This document shows, in pieces, positions 9,766 through 19,218 of a stretch of 20,000 nucleotides of DNA. Numbering within the stretch: the first letter of the stretch is position 1; every line of letters begins with the position of its first letter. This DNA comes from Catajapyx aquilonaris (lineage: Eukaryota), in the NCBI GenBank assembly GCA_000934665.2, contig JYFJ02001786.1, positions 50,060-70,059 on the forward strand, read 5' to 3'. The notes beneath the pieces are model-generated. The model saw only the letters and a program-made list of their open reading frames with translations. It was not told where the DNA came from and searched no databases. The translations under genes and the position numbers were made by a program.

Positions 9766-12292
9766 AATATTGTCCAGCACGAAATGGTGTGTTCGACGGG
9801 CGATGTAAACACCACTCACCAAGGCAGACGACATCTCCCCCCAGAGGTGCTAGCTGACAATCGTCTCCAGGGTCATGGTGTTGACGCCAGGATATAAATA
9901 GCCAGAATTGTTTTTGCGGGAACTGACAATGTACAGGTACAGCATTGGCTGCAAAGTGTGTTTTTCGCAGCAGGCGGCATATAAAATGAAACATTGATGC
10001 AAGAAATGGGCTTACAAATTACAATCTGAAACGAGGTGCATTATTGCAGTTCCGGTGAAATTCAGTACTACAAACTAATTCTACACATTGTGCAAAAATC
10101 ACCCCCTTAAAAATTGTGTATCAGCCAAGTCAGTATATACTTAGGACAATGTACTGTGAATGCCATATATCTTAAAGGTTCACCAACCTCGTCTCCGTCT
10201 AGACAGCTACCATGGATACCTTGAATACCATGTACGCCTGTAGAAGTTCGATGTGATTTACCCAATACATTAGTCCAGTCATCCTCTATACTTTAGACGC
10301 ATTTAATGCGCAATAATTTTATGCCACAGACCTCCTGCAGTTCATTGACATACATAAGCAAGGCAAATGCTCGGCGGGTGCCAGAGATACTTTCCCTCTG
10401 AAATGGTGTGCTAGTCACCCTGTTAGACTCTATCACCATCCTATCCACCCAGAGCTATTCCTCCCTCTGCCCTCCTCCCCCGTCCTCCCCCCTCGCCTTT
10501 GGCCCTACTGTCAGCCAAGTAACCGCCTCCGTTGGCGGCGAGGACAAAGAGCAAGTGGCGGAGAGGGCCGAGCCCGCCCAGGCCTGATTATGCCATTCAC
10601 ACCCTGAATGGACGCCTGATGACTGAAACAAAGGTTGACCCGGGAGGAAGACCTCGGAGCGGAACCGCCACGAGGGGGGTTACACAGAGGGAGGGGATGG
10701 CGATGGGGGCCATGGTACAACTTGGTACATTACTGGGAAACTGACAAGCTCCACATGTTGGCTCATATTTACACACATTTTTTTAGAGAAATAAACAGGG
10801 CGCGTGCATCGTGGGAAGAGCAAGTTTTGACCCATAGAAGATCGATGTGGAGGCGACGAGAGGCGGGGCCAACTCAGCTGAAAACAATGGTGATTGGCCT
10901 CCCAAGCCTTTGTCCCACGCGGGTGCGTTAGGAACTCTTACATTCGCGTCGTCGCCGCCAACGACGCCTTCAGTTCACTCATCGGATTTCCGAACCCGGC
11001 CATACCCACCCCGCGAACACCTAATTCTCTGGGCCTGGGGTTTCGCATCCGAATTGCCACCATTAAAAAGGTTTTCCGCAATGGTTCTTCTTGCACTTCA
11101 GTGGATCGGATAATTGCGCCCATTAGGGAGGGGATGGCCGCGCAAATTAACAGGCGATGATCAAACTCGGCAGGTATATCGAAACAGATGGCAATTCGAT
11201 CAGGAATAATCAGGGCGACAAATAGCGCGGATAGGTCCCATTAGCGATCGGGTTACACGCCACATTCCGACCGCGTCAATTACTAAGTCGCAGGTGTATA
11301 ATTCTTGCCAGAGCAAGCACCGATATGAATCCGACGCCCTCCTCCTTCCCTTCAATTCCGTGGCATTGTTAGCCTGATGGCATAAATTACAGACAGAATG
11401 CTGCATAAGGAAGCCGTCGATTTTCTCACAAACATATCGCTTTCCCTATTCACTCCTTGAGGAAGAGCCTCACTGTGTGTAAGGTTAACTATCAGCGGAG
11501 TGTTACAAATTTTGGGGGACGGGCGACATTTATCAGCTGAGATGGAGCAATTGGTTCGAATCTTAATTATGGTTGGCCCACGTTAGGATGTATAAAATTG
11601 AGCATTATATATTTTGGCACAATTGCTGGCCACTAGTGAAACCTTTAAAATGTAAGTATGAACAATGAGCACACACCATTGTATTATGGACGTTTGCCAA
11701 ATATTTGGGACCGGTACGGCGGTACCCACACGATTCTAATGAGTCAGGATGTCGCTCCTGGCTACTGGGCAACATGTGAGTCACGAGAGAAGTATGGGTT
11801 ATCTAACTTCAAGGATGAAACTTGAAACATCAACTTTATTTCAAGCCATGCTATTCAAGAAATGTCAATAGAGGTGCAACTGTCCTTCCGCTAGGCCCAG
11901 GTGACAACCCACATTGCAATCAAAGGCAGTCAGAACAATCCAGTAGATTCCTAACTTCGAGCAAGTGTGATGAAGATTGCTGTGCATGAAGCTGTCTCGC
12001 AGTCATCGTCACCTCATTCAGAATTACCATTATCACTCACTTATCCTTCTCTTCAGGCAATTGATGCATGTTCGCGAAATATTCTGTCTGCCTTTGCTGC
12101 AAAGTGGATTGTCGCATGTTATACGTGGATGATAATGAAAATGTGTCTAGTCTCTTCCACTGGTTGGTTATATTTCCGATCCCTATTCGATGGGCCCAGC
12201 ATAGTTTATGCTGCCGACAGCATTTTACTAGTAAAAAACGTCCTCTATATACATGATGCAACATAATAATGATGGAACGTTTTCTGTCAATA

Positions 12293-12936
12293 GAGGAGTT
12301 CCCAAGAAAAGGCAGCTAGATCCGGCCGTGGGAAAAAATGAGTTTGAAGTGGCATTGGATTATCCATCATACAAAATATGGTTTAGCACAGGCACATAGA
12401 AATGGGTATAAAATGGCTCTAAAAACGGGTGTCCTAAGCAAAAACAGATAGATCCATGCCATAACGTACGTTTTCTGCATGCAAATGCAGCTAGATCCAC
12501 GTTTGTGTACTGTACATAACAAGCCAGCTCCAATGTGATTTGCAATAATGTTAAATGTGTTTAGTTTTTTCGCATCTGTATGAAACATATTCATGGGACT
12601 GTCTGATGAGTAGCGGAATCCTCATTTTTACAATCTCCATATTATTGTTTAAAATAATTTGTGCAAAAAAAATACTTTTTTTCAAGCAAAAACAGTAGAT
12701 GCACTAGATTCGAAGCAGAAACAGCTATATCCAAACCGACCTTCAAATTTGTGGCTAAACTACGGTACCAATCCACGATTTCCAAAACTTATACATTAAA
12801 AATTCATACAAATGCCATCTCATGACTCCCTCTATCAGCTACTTTCAGTTTGCAGCTGTTTCCAGATCACAGTTTTTTCTCCTCTTCTGTAAAATCTCTT
12901 ATTATGGACTTAGCTGCTTTTGCTTTCGAGCGCCTT
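12293..12936. mobile_element. Non-autonomous DNA transposon with 31-bp imperfect TIRs and internal TIR-motif repeats (superfamily uncertain; the GAG terminus is compatible with Sola)
   Basis: 12293-12323 GAGGAGTTCCCAAGAAAAGGCAGCTAGATCC matches the reverse complement of 12906-12936 (AAGGCGCTCGAAAGCAAAAGCAGCTAAGTCC) at 22/31 positions without gaps. Internal copies of an AAGCAAAAaCAGcTAGATCC-like motif occur near 12436, 12479, 12684 and 12713. TSD not resolved. Confidence 0.55.
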
Positions 12937-13759
12937 ATAACTGTCAACAAAGACTTTAAAACAATCGGAGTAATGTTATTTCCTGCATCTTTCGAGACTA
13001 TGCGCTTGGGTTTTCTACGTATAGTTAAGCTGATTACGAACTGTATGTATGCGTGGTTTTTGACCCCATAAAATAAGTCTCACTCCGGAAAGAGCAGGGG
13101 GAAAGAGGATGAATCCTTCCAAACCAATCTAAAATAATCCTTGACTTAGCGCACTTAATAATGCTTTTTTTGCAAACGTGATTTTCAGTCAAGTCATAAA
13201 CATGATTTTTTTTTCATCCCTTTAATAAAAGCCTTACCATTAGCATTTCACACTAGAGGCAATAGACTTTTTTTGTTTCAATTATCCCGACCATCCTGGG
13301 TCAGAGGGAAGAAAAATAAATGTTTGTTTACGTTCTTTGGGGCCCTGATGTGTGCAATCTCATGCCATAAACACTCATATCAGTGAAATAACAAACAAAT
13401 CAAATAAGTGTTACCTCTCATCACTCCGGTACGAGATAAATATAAACTACTCCCACTACTTTAGAAACCGTGACTGTGCTTTCTAAAACAGCTGCTTTCG
13501 GGCCCACTTAAGTAACTAAAATAATGTATAAAAATAATTAACTATCGCTTTACATACAGGTATTTAGCTCACTAGCAGTTCCACAAATATAATTTCTCGT
13601 AAAAATTGGTCCGTCGTAAACAGTAATTAGCGTCAAAAGCGGAAGACAGTGATTGTCCCATAAAGTCCCCGTCACTTTCCCTGCTACAGGGTTTTGTCCA
13701 GTCCTTATGTGAGTCCAGGCATCGTTTGGGACCATCTCACCCGTTATCTTCTCCTGTCC

Positions 13760-14350
13760 AACCAATCCTCCCCTCCCTCCCTCAACCCTATCCTCCTCCC
13801 CCCACCCTCCGGCCGGCTGACTGCCCTTCACTCCTCAAGCCCAGCCAAAACCATCCGACATTGGCGTGAAGGGACACACACAGAGGGAGAGGCGCAGCGC
13901 AAGGGAGATCAGGCATCCCAGCAGCCAGCCAGCCAGCCGCCAGACCTGCTCCTCCTCCTTCCCCTCCCCGGTGACGACGCACACTCTCCTCCCACCCTAT
14001 ATCCCCGGCATGACGTGCTGCATGCGACCCGACTCCAACATCGCTCATCAGTCGGCCACCTCTGGACAATGAGATTGTGATCGCCTAGGAGGACACATCC
14101 AGAAACAGTGGTGACCATTAGAGTCTAGTCGACCTGTCCTGCAAACTAGTCCACATTGGAGGAACCAAGAGACACCGAGAGGAGCCACTTCCCAAGGCCC
14201 ATCAGCATCATCCATGGTGGTGTCGGGAAGGACAACCTGCAGCACGCCTGGACAGAGTGGTTGAGGTTGAGGTCAGCAGCTGAGGCCGCCGCAGCAGCAG
14301 GTGCCTCCTCCTCATCCTCCTGGTCAGACACCGCTAGCAACACCAGCACC
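13760..14350 (+). promoter_or_regulatory. Putative proximal promoter and 5' leader of the Sox gene, with an arthropod Inr TCAGTC at 14048-14053
   Basis: Shift from AT-rich to GC-rich, CT-tract DNA at about 13760. TCAGTC matches the Drosophila Inr consensus TCAKTY about 300 nt upstream of the ATG. No correctly spaced TATA box or DPE was seen. Confidence 0.4.
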
Positions 14351-14553
14351 ATGACCAGCAACAAGACGCAGCAGGAACACATCAAGAGGCCTATGAACGC
14401 CTTCATGGTCTGGTCCAGAGGGCAGCGTAGGAAGATGGCTCAGGAGAACCCAAAGATGCACAACTCGGAGATTAGCAAGAGGCTGGGGGCAGAGTGGAAG
14501 CTGCTGTCGGAGGCTGAGAAAAGACCATTCATCGACGAGGCCAAGAGGCTCAG
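14351..14553 (+). CDS. Sox21a: SoxB2-group HMG-box transcription factor, first coding exon (Sox21a-like); CDS continues in an exon outside the window
   Basis: Translates to [67 protein letters not shown](R), a canonical SoxB HMG box. HIKRP with RGQRRKMAQ fits Sox21a better than SoxN (RVKRP) or Dichaete/Sox21b (RLQRR). ATG lies in a good context (caccATGa). The exon ends at AG|GTAAGA, a phase-2 donor within the KRLR Arg codon; an HMG-box intron is characteristic of insect Sox21a/21b. Sox identity is near certain, the paralogue call less so. Confidence 0.88.
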
Positions 14554-15153
14554 GTAAGATTGACCACGTCGTTTCTAGTATGATTTGTCGCTTGAATATG
14601 GTTACATTGGAGCTAATCCGACTCTGGCACCGTCAGTTAAGTGGGACTTTGTGCCATTTTCTTCAAATATCCGCAGGGGACAAACGGGCATGACACGAGC
14701 AGAGTGACGGGATAATAACACGGGGATAAAACCGTGGCACTGGCATATTCCGCACAGGATTTTTTTTTCGGAGGCGTAGACTTAGTGTGTGTGTGCGCGG
14801 TTCTCGGTTATGCCCTCTCGAAGCCTGCACAATGAGGCGACACAATGGCCGTCCCCCCGACAGCACACAAACACCACCCGCTCACATATCACGGGTTCGC
14901 ACATATAGGGAGAGGTGTCCCCAAATAACCGTCACCTAAATAATGCAAGCATCAATCAAACAGAAAAATGGGAACGCGATCATTATGAAACAGTACAGCT
15001 GTCGCTACAATTACACAGGACGTGGCCAAAATAATGAAGAATTTCCTCCCGTAACTTACAAAAGTCTATTCATCATATGCTTTGTTGTTATCGCTCGCTT
15101 CTATTCATTGGTGGGTGTTGGAGGTCTGGGTTTTTGGGACGTTTAGTTTTGGA

Positions 15154-15207
15154 GGGGGGGGGGTAGATGTGGGGGGTTGGGTAAAAAGGGGGGGGGTGCT
15201 CCAGGGG
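15154..15207 (+). other. Potential G-quadruplex-forming tract
   Basis: G10, G6, G3, G9 and G4 runs separated by 2-7 nt loops; fits the G3+N1-7 rule. Confidence 0.6.
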
Positions 15208-15398
15208 AATGATGGATTCTGCCGCTGAAACTGCTCCACAAAACTCGATCAGCACGCTTGCTCGTGTAACCAAATGACGTGAAACAAGGTTTGAAACAAG
15301 TCCATTCCTTAAGATTGCTCTCATCACCCCCATCAATGTTTGCCGCTGCAATCAAACTCGACATGGGTTCAAACAAACCTGATATCCTCACGGTTATT

Positions 15399-15502
15399 TT
15401 CTCACATCTTATCGCCTCAACTGTTGAAGAAGTTTTAGATTAGAGTATACAAAGGAGTGACAAAGGGGAAGCCGATAAGGCTTTCTCACAAACTCCGATA
15501 AG
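15399..15502. promoter_or_regulatory. Candidate intronic enhancer with Su(H)-, GATA- and Sox-type motifs
   Basis: TTCTCACA x2 (15399, 15483), CGATAAG/CTTATCG x3 (15408, 15473, 15496) and ACAAAGG x2 (15449, 15460) within 104 bp. Confidence 0.4.
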
Positions 15503-15826
15503 CGAGGGAAGACCCAGATTGAAAAGACACCTATACACACGTAATCGTCGAGTCGGAGGGTAGATCAAATAAAAAAAGTGTAAATTAGATCGCTCTTGGA
15601 ATACCAACTCTCGATTCGACTTCCGAAATCCTTTCTCATCTTCATTCAGATGCTATTCAGCCGGAAACAATCGTCGCCAATCTATCGAAAAGTGCCTCTT
15701 GCCACCCAACCCGACTACTACCATTTACGCGGCCAAGAAGAAAATGAAGGAAACAAAACTGATGGAGCGTGACGTGAACACTCAAATCTATAATCGCAGT
15801 GTTTTACATCATGCAGTACCTGCAGA

Positions 15827-15827
<1 letters not shown>

Positions 15828-15899
<72 letters not shown>
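15828..15899. repeat. Perfect (ATT)24 microsatellite in intron 1
   Basis: 24 uninterrupted ATT units; this explains the poly-Ile ORF at 15699-15908. Confidence 0.97.
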
Positions 15900-15901
<2 letters not shown>

Positions 15902-16669
15902 ACGTTAATTTGAAGTCAATAAATTATAAGTAGTAATGTTTGATTCGTGATTGTACAATGAAATGCAGTCTTGATAAAGACGTAAATAATGTAATTAATG
16001 TTCAATATGATTGCCTAAATCAATTATTTATTGCGTTTGGATGATTTGCATAATTTGCAAGTTGTAGCTGCGACTGTACCCAACTTAACAATGATAACTT
16101 ATACTGCATGTAATGCTTTCTGAGATACTTTATGGTAACAAAATAAATGCACACTTGTGTGCATTTTATCTTAATAAAAAACACATTCACCAAAGGTCAA
16201 CAGGATAATAATAAAGAGCGTGCCAATAGAAATTATCCTAAACTGCAGTTTTTTTTTAACCGTATGCTAGTGGGTATATCAGTATACTGTATACAGTATT
16301 TTACCAACTGTTTTTAGAATACTTTGGCTGACAATTAGGAACTGAATTAGGCTTATACAACCCTTCGTTCGATTTAAAAAAATATTTATATTCTACATAA
16401 CATCCGGCCAAGATAGTCTATTAACTTCTTTGCTCTTTTCACCAGCAGACAAACTTTGCAATAATTCATCATGTAAACTGGTTCATTTCACCCTCGATAT
16501 ACTGTAGTAACAATAATGGTATAAATATTATTCATACCTAAGTACAGGGTGATCGAAAAAGAATGCGCGGATTTTAAACCCCTATCATAACTCGAAAACT
16601 TGTAGACATACCGTATCTACAGTAAATGATTTAAGTTTTGAAATGCTAAGAAAGGTCTAAGAGTGTGGC

Positions 16670-16900
16670 CCTACCATAGCTTGTTTCGATATGAGCTTCC
16701 TTTGTCGCTAGGCAAATGTAAATGCGGTGATCGGTACATATACGTGTGGTGCCTATATAGCCCGCTCAGCTCAGGCATGTCTGGAGTCACCATTGTGATC
16801 CTATAGGTGCTGGAGATGCCAGATCTTTTCACCATGCTAGTATCTCCACAAAAAATTTCATCGGGGTCAGACCTGGGCTTCTGGGGGGACTAGGCATAGG
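16670..16900 (-). pseudogene. Decayed Tc1/mariner transposase C-terminal fragment (minus strand)
   Basis: The reverse strand reads PPRSPGLTPMKFF, then with frameshifts FLWRY..VK.DL, VTPDM and RIYICLATKEAHIET. These match the WPPRSPDLTPxDFFLWGYVKD..., VTPDML and RxxxCxxxxGxHxE motifs of this transposase group. Confidence 0.75.
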
Positions 16901-16974
16901 GAAACTTCTCTTGGTTGGTTGGTTGGTCTTCTCTTTCAAGAAGTCACACACTGGGAGGCTGAACAAATGAAATT

Positions 16975-17191
16975 TATCTGCGGCAGGTTTGTTTCATGGA
17001 TGAGACGGCTTTTTTATTTGAATCATCAAGAACAATGTGTGTGGTGTAAAGACCCATAATCTCCAGCACCTACGGGATATGATTGCAACGGGAACTCCAG
17101 ATATGATTGAGGGGGTTGGGCACGCGAGGCCGAAACTCGTTTTTTTTATATCTACAGAGCGACAAATGAAGCTCATATCGAAACAACCTAA
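16975..17191 (+). pseudogene. Decayed, internally deleted Tc1/mariner transposase fragment (plus strand)
   Basis: YLRQVCFMDETAF (16975-17013) resembles the first catalytic-Asp motif FSDEAxF. It is followed by NLQHLRD, IATGTPDMIEGV and YIYRATNEAHIETT-stop. Confidence 0.6.
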
Positions 17192-18104
17192 GATGAGGCC
17201 AAAATCTTAGACATTTCTTAGCATTTCAACACTTAAATCATTTAGATATGTCTACAAGTTTTCGAGTTATATGGTTTTAAAATCCACGCATTCTTTTTCG
17301 ATCACCCTTCTATTTTCTACGTAAAATGATACAGACAACCCTATATACAGTATTGCATTTTTTGGCAGAGGCAAATTATGTAGTGCGGTGTCACTTGGTT
17401 GCCGAAACGTCATTCATAACATCCTGATTACAAAGGGGCGGGTGTATAAGAAATCATAATTTAAAATCTCCAATTATGCAGAAGTAAACACAATACATAA
17501 TCCGACAAACTTGGTTCCTATACAAAAGGCCCTATGAATTGATTTTTAAAGTGTATATATAATATAGTTTCTTTCCTCGAAATCAGGCAGACACAATTCG
17601 CGAAACTGACAGATAAACCTAATGTTTAAACAGGTTGCATAGATCAAATCATTTAGCACTTCTACAATCTACACATAAAGGACAGCAAACCCATACGTTT
17701 GTCGAATCATTATTCAACACTTTCTACATAGGCACCAGACAGGGCATTGTGAAACTTGTTCGACGGAAGAATAAATTGATGAATATTCCCAAATACACTA
17801 TTATATATCAGCATAATATTATGTAAACAACTGAATAATAATGTATTCATTCTTGTATCCCACTTGGTCAATTTCTTCAAATTAATGTCCAAAATATTAA
17901 CACTTGTTACGTATAATGCCATATTCTCCTATAATTTCTCCGGTAGTGAGACTCGCAAGATATCCCAAAGTGCAGAGAGAGTGACTGCACTCATGTGGTC
18001 GATAGTACTTATACAGTAGTTATAAATCTTGAGACAAGTCTTGAGCCGCATCTTATACGGTATATCACCCACTCCACTAATTCATTATGCTGCAGTCATA
18101 ACAA

Positions 18105-18136
18105 TTTGCAGATTCAAATTAATTTGAATCTGCAAA
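18105..18136. repeat. Perfect 32-bp spacer-less palindrome
   Basis: TTTGCAGATTCAAATT|AATTTGAATCTGCAAA is its own reverse complement. Confidence 0.95.
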
Positions 18137-18964
18137 ACTCACATTAGTCGAGTTATATTTGTGAGAGGTTTGTATTCCAAAATGCTAGGGTAATTCCGTC
18201 CTTTTTCTGCGAATGAAATCTCTTCCAAATAAGATCAATAATTAAAAATAAATAAAAGAAAAGAAATCGTCAGTGTATCACCCTCCGGAAAGATTGGCGG
18301 ACATTATCGATGAAAATATTCGCAGAGAATGTTGCATCGGGATGAGAGGTAATTAAGTGTAAAGGGTGGAGGGAACTTCAACCCCGTTCCCCCCTTGCCG
18401 CATCCAGTTCATCAATTATGTGAAGATACCCATATGGAGGAAAACATGAGTAGCTTTTCCACATTCCTGCTGCTGTTAACATTTCGCATGGGATTTATAA
18501 AACTGTCATAACGACAGAGGCTTGGAATGAACTCATTCTCAGACACACCGGACCAGGAACTGTAGGCTATAGTAAGTTAAATATCGCAACTTCACATATC
18601 AAACTTATTCGGCCTATGAGGACCGTTTCAAATATGCGTCTAGTTATAACAGAATTTTTAATTTTCATCTAAAATATCTATATCATAATAATTTATCAAA
18701 AGAGAGTGTTTGGGCTGTTTATTTCATGCTCTTTGATCCTATTAATATTACTGTATGTATACTATATTATCAATCTCTGCTTTTCTGTACTTAGATCATT
18801 ACACTGTATAGATTTGTGCCGAATGAGGCCGCTGAAGTTCCTTATAGTAAAGAAGCTAATAACAAGTCAGTGAAAACAGTTCCACATATATTTGAAAGAT
18901 TCGGATACATTTTTGAAAGTCATTGAAACTGCATCACACCCTTCATAACAATGTCTAAGTATAA

Positions 18965-19218
18965 TAATAATATAATAATATAATAATTGATACCCCATTA
19001 TCAGCCCTTTGGGCTTTATTAGGGGGGGATTTCTCCCAATTTTTTTTTGTCTGGAACTCTTTCCATTTTTACTATACTTTTTCATCGGAATTGAGGCAAG
19101 GATAGGTAAGGAAGGAAGCGGCTGTGGCCTATAATTACGGTAACGACCCCGGAATTATCCTGCGATGACCATGGGAAACCACAGAAAACCATGATCAGGG
19201 TCGCCGGCCTCCGGGATT
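18965..19218 (-). mobile_element. 5'-truncated tRNA-derived SINE with a (TTA)-type tail and 15-bp target-site duplication
   Basis: Perfect direct repeat AATGTCTAAGTATAA at 18950-18964 and 19219-19233, with a TAA-rich tail at 18962-18984. The body GGAAGGAAGCGGCTGTGGCC...ATGGGAAACCACAGAAAACCAT...CAGGG resembles, from memory, the reverse strand of SINEs abundant in Orthoptera/Blattodea. The minus strand begins AATCCC, the 3' half of a B box. Confidence 0.8.

Larger units (their letters stand above)
16545..17310. mobile_element. Rearranged non-autonomous Tc1/mariner derivative with long inverted arms and transposase remnants
   Basis: Termini TA-CAGGGTGATCGAAAAAGAATGCG ... CGCATTCTTTTTCGATCACCCT(tc)-TA. 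Arms are clearly complementary over 16545-16709 and 17158-17308, with patchy similarity out to about 16818 and 17059. Transposase motifs appear on both strands. Confidence 0.88.

Noticed and set aside
11533..11563. A-box-like CAGCTGAGATGG and B-box-like GGTTCGAATC, suggesting a tRNA or SINE head
   Set aside because: The boxes are only about 8 nt apart and no cloverleaf or SINE body follows.
12293..12733. Spaced direct repeats superficially like a CRISPR array
   Set aside because: Eukaryotic context, degenerate repeats, irregular spacing and an inverted terminal copy point to a transposon.
375..13831. Numerous 60-135 aa ORFs on both strands upstream of the Sox gene
   Set aside because: No recognisable domains, many non-ATG starts, and mutual overlap in GC-rich patches; consistent with chance ORFs.
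13998..14002. TATAT as the TATA box of the Sox promoter
   Set aside because: Poor consensus match and about 50 nt from the Inr-like motif rather than about 30.
14156..14557. 133-aa single-exon ORF as the complete Sox protein
   Set aside because: It starts at TTG, and its stop is the TAA within the GTAAG donor. The HMG box is incomplete, so the gene is spliced.
15699..15908. ORF with a 24-residue poly-Ile tract
   Set aside because: Translation of the (ATT)24 microsatellite.
17420..17434. CAT CCT GAT TAC AAA encodes HPDYK, matching part of the expected Sox exon 2
   Set aside because: It is preceded directly by an in-frame TAA, followed by GAGV* instead of YRPRRK, and has no ALHMKE or splice acceptor; a chance match.
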